A stretch of 64,000 nucleotides of DNA, from NCBI GenBank assembly GCA_041487875.1, contig JBGPOE010000002.1, positions 8,121-72,120 on the forward strand, read 5' to 3'. Positions 35,843 to 44,393 of the stretch are shown piece by piece (positions within the stretch are counted from its first letter, which is position 1; each line of letters begins with the position of its first letter). The notes below the pieces were generated by a model. It ran no database searches. It saw only the letters and a program-made list of their open reading frames with translations, and had not been told where the DNA came from. Made by a program: the position numbers and the translations under genes. The DNA is from Gemmatimonadota bacterium (GTDB lineage: Bacteria; Gemmatimonadota; Gemmatimonadetes; Gemmatimonadales; GWC2-71-9).

Positions 35843-37215
35843 TCGCCCGCCTCCGCGTCGTCCGGCGCCGCCACGGCGACCGGCCGCGGGGCCGCATGCG
35901 ACGCCAGTGGCGGCCGCACGAAGGTGCCCGTGACTTGCCGCGTGTTCCGCACCCGCAGCTGCTCGAACAGGAAGGAAAACGTCTGCTCCAGTGTCGCCCC
36001 GATCTGCGCCCGCACTTCGGCCGGCAAATCCCACAGCCTCCGCTTGAACGGTCCGATCGCCTTCTTGCGGCTCTTGTAGAGGAACTGCTCCTCGGTGTCG
36101 CCCTTCTTCCACTCGTCCTTGCACTCGGCCTTCACCCACTCAGCGATGTCCCGTTTGACGCCGGCCGGCAGCGCGGGATGATCGAGCACGATGGTCTGGA
36201 AGTTGGTCGCCAGATGGATCTCGATCGCCTCGCACTTGGGGAAGTTGCCAAAGGCGTCGTTGGGCAGCGTCGAGGCCCCGTGCTGCACGGCGCCGCCCAG
36301 GCCGTACTTGGTGCGCGCTTCGTGCGACAGCGCCTTCAGGGCGTCGAGGTCGAGCTGGACCTTGGCGATGGTGCCGTCCGGCAGGACCACGCCGCCGTGG
36401 CTCGTGCCCGTCTGCACCGAAATCTTGGAGATGCCCACCGCGCCGCCCAGCCGCTTGAGCGTGCGGTTGTACCCGTCCATGAATGCCTGCAGCTCGTGCA
36501 CGTCGGAGTTCTTGCCACCCACCTCCCCGATTTCCGCCCCCACCGAGACGGTCACGCCGGCCGGCTCGCGGCCGCGGATGTAGGTGGTGAGTTCGGCCGC
36601 GCGCTCGTAGTTGACGCGCTGCTGCTCGTCGAGGCTGGGCTTGGAGAGATCGACCACGGTGGACGTATCCACGTCGATGTTGTAAAACCCCGCCGCGATC
36701 TCCTCGTCGATCAGCGCCCGGATCGCCGCGAGCTCCCCGTCGGGATCGGCCGCGTATTTCTTGGCGTTCACCTGCACGTGGTCGCCCTGAATGAAGAGCG
36801 GCCCCGTAAAGCCCTCGCGCAGCGCCGCCGCCGTCATCACGGCGACGTATTCCGCGGGGCGCTGGTCGGTGTAGGCGATTTCGCTGCGGGCGATCTCGCA
36901 GATGACGGCGCCCGCCTCCAGCCGCTTGGCCGCCCGGAAAATGGCGCGACCCGTATCGTAGGACAGCACCCGCACGTTCATCGCGGGCGTGGTGAACACT
37001 GGCGCCTCGCCCCTGCCGCGCGCCATGTACAGCTCGTGAATCGACGCCGGACGCACCCCCGCGTGCTGGCCGATCTCCCAGATCAGCCAGCGGCCTACTT
37101 CGCGCGCGTCCTGGTCGCCGAACACCGCTTGGCGGACCAAGTCGTCCATGGCGGCACTGGCGCGCACGGCCGGCTCACGAAACCGCTTCAATATCTCTTG
37201 GACGTTCTGGGCCAT
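35839..37215 (-). CDS. Class II ketose-bisphosphate aldolase (long fructose/tagatose-bisphosphate aldolase form)
   Basis: FIQGDHVQV, VSVGAEIGEVGGKN and GGAVQHGASTLP correspond to class II aldolase metal and phosphate motifs. Confidence 0.65.
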   Translation of the reverse strand: MAQNVQEILKRFREPAVRASAAMDDLVRQAVFGDQDAREVGRWLIWEIGQHAGVRPASIHELYMARGRGEAPVFTTPAMNVRVLSYDTGRAIFRAAKRLEAGAVICEIARSEIAYTDQRPAEYVAVMTAAALREGFTGPLFIQGDHVQVNAKKYAADPDGELAAIRALIDEEIAAGFYNIDVDTSTVVDLSKPSLDEQQRVNYERAAELTTYIRGREPAGVTVSVGAEIGEVGGKNSDVHELQAFMDGYNRTLKRLGGAVGISKISVQTGTSHGGVVLPDGTIAKVQLDLDALKALSHEARTKYGLGGAVQHGASTLPNDAFGNFPKCEAIEIHLATNFQTIVLDHPALPAGVKRDIAEWVKAECKDEWKKGDTEEQFLYKSRKKAIGPFKRRLWDLPAEVRAQIGATLEQTFSFLFEQLRVRNTRQVTGTFVRPPLASHAAPRPVAVAAPDDAEAGE

Positions 37216-37242
37216 GAGCGCAACCCTCCCCCGGGCAAGAAT

Positions 37243-38025
37243 TTAGACCGCGTCCACGTCGATAACCAGTCCGTCGTGCGCGGGCGCGATGCCTGGAGGC
37301 AAACTCGCCGCTAACTCGGCGTGCGGCGTCGCATGCGTGAGGTGCGTCAGCCACGTCTGGCGCGCGCCGATGGCGCGCGCGGTTTCCACCGCTTCGTCGA
37401 TGGACAGATGCAACGGGTGCGGGTGGCGCAGCAACGCGTTGAGCACCAGCACGCGCACACCGGCCAACGCCGCTCGGGCCTCGGCCGGCACAACCTTCAC
37501 GTCGGTGAGATAGGCGAGCGGCCCGATCCGGTATCCGAACACCCACTGCTCGCCGTGCGGCAACAAGAGCGGGAGGACGGGAAAGCCCGCGACGTCCGTC
37601 TCGCGCCCCGGCTCCAGGGGACGCGCCACCAACTCGGGTTTTGACGTGCCGGGCTGGGCCTGGACGGCTGCGTCGAAAATGTAGCGAAAGCGGGCCACCA
37701 GCTCCGCCAACGTGGCCGCTGACCCGTACGCGGGGAGCGGCGCGCCCTGCTTCACGGAGAGCGCGCGCAAATCGTCGATGCCGTGGACGTGGTCGGCGTG
37801 GGGATGGGTGTAGAGCACGGCGTCGAGGCGAGACACGCCGGCCGCCACCAGCTGCAGCCGCAGCTCCGGCGGCGTGTCGATCAAGATCCGGCGCTCACCC
37901 GACTCGAACAACGCCGCCGTGCGCGTGCGACGATCGCGCGGATCGGTGGACGTGCACGTGCGACAGGAACACCCGACCTGGGGAACGCCGAACGACGTCC
38001 CCGTGCCGAGGAGGGTCAGCCGCAC
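37243..38025 (-). CDS. MBL-fold metallo-hydrolase (PhnP/GPMA-like)
   Basis: MRLTLLGTGTSFGVPQVGCSCRTC and HPHADHVHGIDDLR. Confidence 0.8.
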   Translation of the reverse strand: MRLTLLGTGTSFGVPQVGCSCRTCTSTDPRDRRTRTAALFESGERRILIDTPPELRLQLVAAGVSRLDAVLYTHPHADHVHGIDDLRALSVKQGAPLPAYGSAATLAELVARFRYIFDAAVQAQPGTSKPELVARPLEPGRETDVAGFPVLPLLLPHGEQWVFGYRIGPLAYLTDVKVVPAEARAALAGVRVLVLNALLRHPHPLHLSIDEAVETARAIGARQTWLTHLTHATPHAELAASLPPGIAPAHDGLVIDVDAV

Positions 38026-38026
38026 G

Positions 38027-39430
38027 TCACACTTCCTCGACCTTGATCAGGTTGGTGCTGCCCGACACCTCCCACGGCACGCCGGCGGTCATCACGATGT
38101 GGTCGCCCGGCTTGGCGTAGCCGCGCTTCAAAATGAGGTCGCGCACCACCGTGAGCATCGCATCGTACCCCGGGACGCGATCCACCAACACCGGCACCAC
38201 GCCCCACACCAGCGCCAGCTGGCGGTAGGACGCGACCTCTGTCGTCACCGCGAGGATGGGCACCGGCGGCCGCTGCGCCGCCACCTTGCGGGAAGTGAAG
38301 CCGCCCTTGGTCAGCGTGACGATGAGCGGCGTCTTGAGCATCCGGGCGACGGCGCTCGTGCCGATGGCGATAGAGTCTTCGACCGGAACCGCCGCTTCGC
38401 CGCGCGGCGCCAGGCGCCGGTCGTCCTTACCGAGGGCGTGCCGCTCCATCTCGCGGCAGATCCGGTCCATGGCCCGCACCGCCTCGAGCGGGTAGTCGCC
38501 GGTGGCGGTCTCGGCCGAGAGCATCACGGCGTCAGTGCCGTCGAGAATCGCGTTGGCCACGTCCGAGGCCTCCGCTCGCGTGGGCCGCGGGTTGTGCACC
38601 ATCGACTCCAGCATCTGCGTCGCCGTGATCACCGGTTTGCCGTGCTGGTTCGCTTCGTGGATCAGCCGCTTTTGGACGATGGGAACTTCCTCGAACGGCA
38701 GCTCCACACCCAGATCGCCGCGAGCGACCATCACCGCGTCGCACGCGCCCAAGATGCGCGCTAGCTCGTCCAGCGCCGCGGCCTTCTCGATCTTGGCCAC
38801 GAGCTTCATCTGCGGCGGCACGAGCTGGCGCAGCTGGGCCAGGTCTTCCGCCTTGCGCACAAACGAGAGCGCCAGATAGTCCGCTCCGACCGCCACCGCA
38901 TCCTTCACGTCCTCGCGGTCTTTGTCGGTGAGCGCCGGCGCGCTCACTTGCAGCCCGGGCAGGTTCATCCCCTTGTGGGAGGTGAGCGTTCCCCCGTCCA
39001 CCACGCGCCCTTCCACGCGCGGCGGCGCCACGCGGGTCACTTCGACCGACAGCAGGCCGTCGTTGAGAAGGATCTTGGCCCCCACACGCACGTCTTCGGC
39101 GAGGTCTTCATAGGTGGTGGGGAGCTCGTCGCCCCGGGCCACCGCTTCCGGCGCGAACACCACCGCGGCTCCCGGCACGAGCTCGCGCGGCTCGGCTAGC
39201 TGCCCCACGCGGATGCGCGGGCCCTGCAGGTCCACCAGGATCGCGACCGGCAGCCCCTGCGCTTCAGCGGCGCGCCGCACCAGCTTGATCCATGTGCCGC
39301 GGATCTCAGGCGTGCCATGGGATGCGTTGATGCGGACGACGTTGACGCCGGCCTCGAGCAGGGCCGCGATCTTTGCCTCAGTGCCCGTAGCCGGGCCGAG
39401 GGTCGCCACGATCTTGGTGCGGCGGATCAC
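38027..39430 (-). CDS. pyk: Pyruvate kinase
   Basis: RRTKIVATLGPAT, VVRINASHG, MVARGDLGVE. Confidence 0.93.
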   Translation of the reverse strand: MIRRTKIVATLGPATGTEAKIAALLEAGVNVVRINASHGTPEIRGTWIKLVRRAAEAQGLPVAILVDLQGPRIRVGQLAEPRELVPGAAVVFAPEAVARGDELPTTYEDLAEDVRVGAKILLNDGLLSVEVTRVAPPRVEGRVVDGGTLTSHKGMNLPGLQVSAPALTDKDREDVKDAVAVGADYLALSFVRKAEDLAQLRQLVPPQMKLVAKIEKAAALDELARILGACDAVMVARGDLGVELPFEEVPIVQKRLIHEANQHGKPVITATQMLESMVHNPRPTRAEASDVANAILDGTDAVMLSAETATGDYPLEAVRAMDRICREMERHALGKDDRRLAPRGEAAVPVEDSIAIGTSAVARMLKTPLIVTLTKGGFTSRKVAAQRPPVPILAVTTEVASYRQLALVWGVVPVLVDRVPGYDAMLTVVRDLILKRGYAKPGDHIVMTAGVPWEVSGSTNLIKVEEV

Positions 39431-39538
39431 GCGTTCGAAACCTCGAGTGGGGGTGAGGTCGGGCCGCTAAATAAGCAGCGGGCGCGAGCCGGCGCACCAG
39501 TCCCGCCTCGCACGACCTCGCCAGGAGCGGTTATCAAC

Positions 39539-39566
39539 ATTCTAGCCGAGGATGGCTTTGTGGAAA
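39539..39566 (-). promoter_or_regulatory. Candidate sigma70-type promoter for pyk
   Basis: On the minus strand TTTCCA-N16-TAGAAT lies in the least GC-rich part of the 319-bp gap upstream of pyk. Confidence 0.3.
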
Positions 39567-39749
39567 AACCGGTGGCGCTAGGTAGTGACAGTTGTCCCGC
39601 GCTGGCGGCGGAACCACCGGCCGATGGGAGCGGCGTAAGTGACGTTTGCGTGCGCCGGTACGAGCACGAGATCAAGCGACCTCTGCGCGGTCCCGGCACT
39701 CCGCCGTTTCCCATCCCTCGATGCATAAAGTTGTCCACAGCCGTATAGC

Positions 39750-40211
39750 TCACGGGACGACAGCGATCTGCCGCCCTTCCAGGCGCCGCTTGAGCTCCTC
39801 CAGGAGGGCGACCGTACGAGTGACGGAAGTTGCCGGCAGCCCCTCGATGGTCCGCGCGGCGAGGCGGCGCTCCAGCTGGCCCGCCTTGAGCAACGCCTCG
39901 AGGCCGCGCCGGGTGAGCGTGACCCGGACGCCGCGGTCGTCGTCGGAGTCGGGCGTGGTCTCGACCAGGCCCTTCGATTCGAGCCGCTGGATGAATGTGG
40001 TGGCGGCGGCGCGCGACACCCCCAGGTGACGCGCCACCTCGCTGGGGCGGGCACCGTCGGCCCCACCTTGATCCACGGCCACCAGGGCGCTCTGGGCGCG
40101 GTGCCCGAGCCCGTAGGAGCGAAAGGCGCGGTCTCCGGCGCGCTGCAGGGCGGCGGCGGCGGCCGCGACGGCGTCGGTCAACTGCAGGGCGAGCTCGGAA
40201 CGGTCGGTCAT
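39750..40211 (-). CDS. MarR-family transcriptional regulator
   Basis: Winged-helix core (ARPSEVARHLGVSRAAATTFIQRLESKGLVETTPDSDDDRGVRVTLTRRG). It is divergent from the ABC operon. Confidence 0.85.
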   Translation of the reverse strand: MTDRSELALQLTDAVAAAAAALQRAGDRAFRSYGLGHRAQSALVAVDQGGADGARPSEVARHLGVSRAAATTFIQRLESKGLVETTPDSDDDRGVRVTLTRRGLEALLKAGQLERRLAARTIEGLPATSVTRTVALLEELKRRLEGRQIAVVP

Positions 40212-40218
40212 GGGTGTT

Positions 40219-40241
40219 TGTTAATATATTGACCATTAACA
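40219..40241. promoter_or_regulatory. Candidate MarR operator: inverted repeat TGTTAAT-N9-ATTAACA
   Basis: Perfect 7-bp arms in the only AT-rich stretch of the 84-bp divergent region between marR and the ABC ATPase. Confidence 0.45.
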
Positions 40242-40295
40242 TACTAACATATCAGCGATCCCCGCAAGGCCCCGGTTTTCCCTACATTCTCTCGC

Positions 40296-41021
40296 ATGAT
40301 CGAGGTCAAGGATCTCACCAAGCTGTATGGCACGCTGACCGCCGTGTCCGAGCTCTCCTTTGGCGTGGCCGCGGGCGAGGTGCTGGGGTTGGTGGGGCCC
40401 AACGGCGCGGGCAAGACCACCACCCTGCGCAGCATCGCCGGCATCATCCGGCCGACCCGGGGGCAGATCGTGATCGGCGGCCACGACCTGCAGCGGCAAC
40501 CGGTCGCCGCCAAGGCCCTGCTCGCCTTCATGCCGGACGAGCCCCGCCTGTTCGACTATCTCACCGTGGAAGAGCACCTCCGTTTCGTCGGCCGGCTGTA
40601 CGGCGTGGCCGACGTGGACACCCGGGCCCCTGCCCTACTGCAGGAACTGGAGCTCGTCGACAAGGCCAAGACGCTCCCCGGGGAGCTGTCGCGGGGCATG
40701 AAGCAGAAGCTGACGATCGCGTGCGGCCTACTGCACGAGCCCAAGGCGCTGTTGTTCGACGAGCCGCTCACGGGGCTCGATCCGGTGGGGATCCGCCGCA
40801 TGAAGCAGACGATCGTCGAGCGGGCCCGCCGCGGCGCGGCCGTGCTGCTGTCCTCGCACCTGCTGCATCTGGTGGAGGAGATCTGCACCCGGGTGCTCAT
40901 CATCCAGCGCGGCCGTAAAGTCGCGCACGGCAGCATCGCCGAGATCCTGGCCGGCCGGCCCGACCTGCAAGGGCGGAGCCTCGAGGAGGTGTTCCTCGCG
41001 CTGACGGGCGCCGAGACGTGA
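40296..41021 (+). CDS. ABC transporter ATP-binding protein (ABC-2/DrrA-like)
   Basis: Walker A GPNGAGKTT, signature LSRGMKQKL, Walker B LLFDEPLTGLD. Confidence 0.9.
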   Translation: MIEVKDLTKLYGTLTAVSELSFGVAAGEVLGLVGPNGAGKTTTLRSIAGIIRPTRGQIVIGGHDLQRQPVAAKALLAFMPDEPRLFDYLTVEEHLRFVGRLYGVADVDTRAPALLQELELVDKAKTLPGELSRGMKQKLTIACGLLHEPKALLFDEPLTGLDPVGIRRMKQTIVERARRGAAVLLSSHLLHLVEEICTRVLIIQRGRKVAHGSIAEILAGRPDLQGRSLEEVFLALTGAET

Positions 41022-42751
41022 TCACGGCTGCGCTGTACCTGTCGCGCCGCTCGCTGGTGAACGCCACGTGGCGGCGGTTGCGGCGCCTGCGCGAGCCCAA
41101 GTATCTCGTCGGGTTCGTGGTTGGCCTGCTCTACTTCTGGTGGTTTCTCTACCGGCCGCGCGGCACGCGCCCCGCGCCGGCCTTCGCGGCCGCCCTGGTC
41201 GACCAGCTGGTGCCGCTCGGCGCCCTGGCGCTCGCGGTGCTGCTGCTCGTCGGGTGGATCGCCGGGTCGTCCGAGACGCCGTTCAGCTTCAGTCTGGCGG
41301 AGACGCAGTTCCTGTTCACGGCCCCGCTGACGCGCCGGCAGGTGATCGCGTTCAAGGTGCTGCGCTCGCAGACAAGTCTCTTGCTCTCGGCGATCCTCTC
41401 CGTGCTGTTGTTCTCGGGCTTCCATTTCACTGCCTCGCGGCTGATGCGGATGGGCGGGCTGTGGCTGGTCTACGCCACGCTGCAGCTCAACTTCGCGGCG
41501 GCGGCGTTCGCCCGGGCCAACCTCACCGACCACGGGCTCACCGGGTGGCGGCGGCGTGCCGGCCTGGTGCTGGGGGCGGCGGTGGTAGTGGGGCTCGGGT
41601 GGTGGGGGGTGCGGCAGGCGCTGCCGGGGATCGCCGCCGCGTTCAGCGACGACCCGGCGCAGGGTGCGGCGGCGCTCGGTGGCGCCCTGCGCGGCGGGGT
41701 GCTGGGTGTGCTGCTGTGGCCGCTGCGGGCGCTGCTCGGCCCGCTGTTCGCGGCGACGCCCGCTGCGTTCGTCGCGGCGCTTCCGGCAGCTCTGCTGGTG
41801 CTGGCGGCGCACTACGTATGGGTGGTGAGCTCAGCCCTGTCGTTCGAGGAAGTGGCGGCCGAGGCGGCGGAGAAAACCGCGCGGCGCATCGACGCGATGC
41901 GCCGCGGCCGCGGGCTCGAGACGCCTCTGCCCTCCCGGGTGCGGCGCCCCGCCCTGCTCCGCCTCGCGCCCACTGGACCGCCGGCCCGCGCCATCCTCTG
42001 GAAGAACCTCACCGGACTGGCACGCACCAACCGGCCCCGCACCCTCGTCTTCCTCGCGATCTTCGCGGTGGCGGTGGCCGGGAGCCTCGGCTCGCGCGCG
42101 TTCACGCCGCTCGACTGGCTCGCCACCTTCGCACTGATCTTCGGCGGTTACGCGATGGTGTTCGGCCCGTTCATCGTGCGCTTCGATCTGCGGCGCGACC
42201 TCGAACTGGTGGACGTGCTGAAGTCGGCGCCGGTGCGCGGCCGCGACGTGGTGGCGGGCGAGATTCTCTCTCCGGTCGTTGCGGTCACCGCATTCGTCTG
42301 GGCGTTCGCCCTGATCGCCTACGCCGCCACCCTGCCCCGCGTCACCGGCCTGCCCCCACTGGGCCCGCGCACCGCCATCTTGGTCGCGGCCCTCGCCGCG
42401 GTGCCGGCGTTCTGCGGCCTCCTCGTCACCTATCAGAACGCGGTGGTGCTGTTGTTCCCCGCCTGGGCGGCGATCGGCCCCGATCGCGCGACCGGCGTCG
42501 AGGCCCTGGGCCAGCGCATTCTCGTGATGGTAGGCGGCTGGTTGGCGCTGCTCGTGGGACTGCTGCCGGGCGCGGTCGTGGCCGCGGTGGTGGCGGGCCT
42601 GCTACAGGTGGCGGGGGTGCCGCTCGTGTGGGGCGTCGCGGCCGGTGTGGTGGGCGGCGTCGTCACGGTGGGATGCGCGATCGCGTTCGCCGTGACGTGG
42701 TTGGGCCGCGTGTTCGACCGCCTCGATCCCGCGGCGGCCGGCCTCTCCTAG
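41018..42751 (+). CDS. Polytopic membrane protein, putative ABC exporter permease component
   Basis: GTGA-coupled to the ATPase. 577 aa with many TM helices. The N-terminus (ALYLSRRSLVNATWRRLRRLREPKYLVGFVVGLLYFWWFL) resembles the 'putative ABC exporter' family. Confidence 0.65.
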   Translation: MITAALYLSRRSLVNATWRRLRRLREPKYLVGFVVGLLYFWWFLYRPRGTRPAPAFAAALVDQLVPLGALALAVLLLVGWIAGSSETPFSFSLAETQFLFTAPLTRRQVIAFKVLRSQTSLLLSAILSVLLFSGFHFTASRLMRMGGLWLVYATLQLNFAAAAFARANLTDHGLTGWRRRAGLVLGAAVVVGLGWWGVRQALPGIAAAFSDDPAQGAAALGGALRGGVLGVLLWPLRALLGPLFAATPAAFVAALPAALLVLAAHYVWVVSSALSFEEVAAEAAEKTARRIDAMRRGRGLETPLPSRVRRPALLRLAPTGPPARAILWKNLTGLARTNRPRTLVFLAIFAVAVAGSLGSRAFTPLDWLATFALIFGGYAMVFGPFIVRFDLRRDLELVDVLKSAPVRGRDVVAGEILSPVVAVTAFVWAFALIAYAATLPRVTGLPPLGPRTAILVAALAAVPAFCGLLVTYQNAVVLLFPAWAAIGPDRATGVEALGQRILVMVGGWLALLVGLLPGAVVAAVVAGLLQVAGVPLVWGVAAGVVGGVVTVGCAIAFAVTWLGRVFDRLDPAAAGLS

Positions 42752-43113
42752 CAGGTCTCCGACCAGTCCACCGCGGAGTCCTTGCCGCAGCCGACGCACC
42801 GCAGCTCGGCCGGTTTGCCCGCGAAGTCCTGCCGCTCGTGGCAATGCGGGCACACCGCGTACGTGGTGGTGATTTCCTTGTCGCGCCCGCCCCCCAACGT
42901 GGGGCGCAAGACGCCGGTGCGGACCACGATGCTCCAGCGGGTGGGCGGGTCGGTGCGGACACGGATTTCCTGGCGCGACAGGCGCAGCCGGCGCTGGTGG
43001 ACCTCGAGCAGCACGTGGCCGTCCGCGGTCTCTTCGAGGATCGGATACCACGCGCCGCGTCGCATGACGTCCGCCACGCTGTCGATGCAGCGGGCCCAAC
43101 CGAGCTTCCCCAT
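42748..43113 (-). CDS. Hypothetical zinc-ribbon protein, paralog 1
   Basis: 121 aa. RRGAWYPI...RWSIV core plus a C-terminal CPHC...CVGC. It is a paralog of 43882..44292. Confidence 0.6.
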   Translation of the reverse strand: MGKLGWARCIDSVADVMRRGAWYPILEETADGHVLLEVHQRRLRLSRQEIRVRTDPPTRWSIVVRTGVLRPTLGGGRDKEITTTYAVCPHCHERQDFAGKPAELRCVGCGKDSAVDWSETC

Positions 43114-43143
43114 AGGCGGGGACCATCATACTACATTTCGCCG

Positions 43144-43719
43144 ATGCGCGTAATCGGCCCGATCCTGCGCCTGCAAGTTCAGCGCTCCACCCTCAAGACC
43201 GGCGAGAAGCCCAACCGCACCTACGACCCGCGCCCGCTCCTGGCGGTGCCGGCGCTCGCCGTGCACCCCGATGGCGCCTGCGGCGCGATGGATGGTGGCT
43301 GGGTGGTGGACGTGCACCATCGCGCGCATCCCGAGACCAAGAACGAAGACGGCCTGCACGGGCTGTCGGTGGGCTTCACGTCGCATTATGCCGCGATGCA
43401 ACAGCGCTTCGGCCCGCACGTGACCATGGGTGTCGCGGGCGAGAACATCATCGTCGACACCGATCGTCACGTCACCTGGGACGACGTGGCGCTGGGCTGC
43501 ACCGTGCTGGACGCGGCGGGGCAGGAGGTGGTGCGCTTGCGGGTGCTGCAGCCCGCGCATCCGTGCCGGCCGTTCACGGGCTGGGCCCTGGGCGAGCGCG
43601 TCGAAGCGCAGGTGCTCAAGGAGCATCTGCAATTCCTGGACGACGGAATGCGCGGGTACTATGCGGTGGCGGAGGGGACAGGCGTGCTGCGGGCTGGGAT
43701 GATCCTAGCCGCCATATAG
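43144..43719 (+). CDS. MOSC-domain-like protein
   Basis: 191 aa. GENIIVD and the conserved Cys context QPAHPCRPF resemble MOSC beta-barrel proteins. The long upstream in-frame extension from 41068 is rejected. Confidence 0.5.
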   Translation: MRVIGPILRLQVQRSTLKTGEKPNRTYDPRPLLAVPALAVHPDGACGAMDGGWVVDVHHRAHPETKNEDGLHGLSVGFTSHYAAMQQRFGPHVTMGVAGENIIVDTDRHVTWDDVALGCTVLDAAGQEVVRLRVLQPAHPCRPFTGWALGERVEAQVLKEHLQFLDDGMRGYYAVAEGTGVLRAGMILAAI

Positions 43720-43747
43720 CCGTCAGCGGTCAGCCGTCAGCCGTCAG
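43719..43747 (+). repeat. Heptamer array GCCGTCA GCGGTCA GCCGTCA GCCGTCA
   Basis: 27 of 28 nt are identical to 20774..20801. It overlaps the TAG stop of the MOSC gene. Confidence 0.85.
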
Positions 43748-43749
43748 AA

Positions 43750-43865
43750 CAGTTCCCAGACGCCAAGTTACCAGTGGTTCCAAGTGAAAAGTGGCCAGCT
43801 GCTCTCGAAAGCAGACTGGCCACTGCGTTACTTACGACCACTGGTAACTTGGCGTCTGGGAACTG
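43750..43865. repeat. 116-nt rod-like palindromic element: perfect 29-bp outer inverted repeat enclosing a 13-bp inner hairpin
   Basis: 43750..43778 is the exact reverse complement of 43837..43865. The inner pairing joins 43790..43802 with 43811..43824. It lies between convergent genes. Confidence 0.85.
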
Positions 43866-43881
43866 ACCTGTCCGCTGTCAG

Positions 43882-44292
43882 CTAATTGACTTCATCCCAA
43901 GCCAACCCAGCAACAGCATGACACCGATCGCACGCGAGCTCCGTGAGCCCTGCGTCGAACGCCTGGCGATGGCGGCACGTGGGGCACACGCCGTAGGTCA
44001 AGGGGAACAGCCGGCCCACACGCTGGATCTCGCGCGGCTCGCAGCGCACGATGCTCCACCGCTCCGGTGGATGGTAGCGGATCTCGAGCAGCCGGCGGTC
44101 CACCGGTACGTTGTGGCGGTTGACGTCCAACACGACGATGTTGGTCGATGAGATGCGCACGACGGGGTACCACGCGCCGCGGCGCAGCGTGTGCGCGCCC
44201 GACGGGCCGACGCGGGCCCAGCCGCGCGCCTGCAGTCGGGTGGGGGTGATGGGACGGGATTCCATAGGTATCCTATCTAACTCCCTTTCCAT
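43882..44292 (-). CDS. Hypothetical zinc-ribbon protein, paralog 2
   Basis: RRGAWYPV...RWSIV core plus CPTC...CDRC. An internal Met at 44265 is an alternative start. Confidence 0.6.
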   Translation of the reverse strand: MERELDRIPMESRPITPTRLQARGWARVGPSGAHTLRRGAWYPVVRISSTNIVVLDVNRHNVPVDRRLLEIRYHPPERWSIVRCEPREIQRVGRLFPLTYGVCPTCRHRQAFDAGLTELACDRCHAVAGLAWDEVN

Positions 44293-44393
44293 TCTCCCGG
44301 CGTGAGCGCGGTCACAGCGGCGGCGGTCAGCGTGTGGTGCGGCCCGGCCGCAATATAAGAAGCAGGCCGTCCCGCACGCTACGTCTCAACGAC

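Noticed and set aside
39431-39749. A tRNA or other known small RNA in the largest intergenic gap.
   Set aside because: No GTTCGAATC-type T-arm with a matching acceptor stem occurs on either strand. The GTTCGAAAC at 39433 lies at the edge of the pyk start codon and lacks a cloverleaf context.
43750-43865. Calling the 116-nt palindrome a MITE or mobile element.
   Set aside because: No target-site duplication is evident, and no transposase or RAYT gene lies in the window. Only one full copy and one half copy are visible here, so it is kept as a repeat of unknown mobility.
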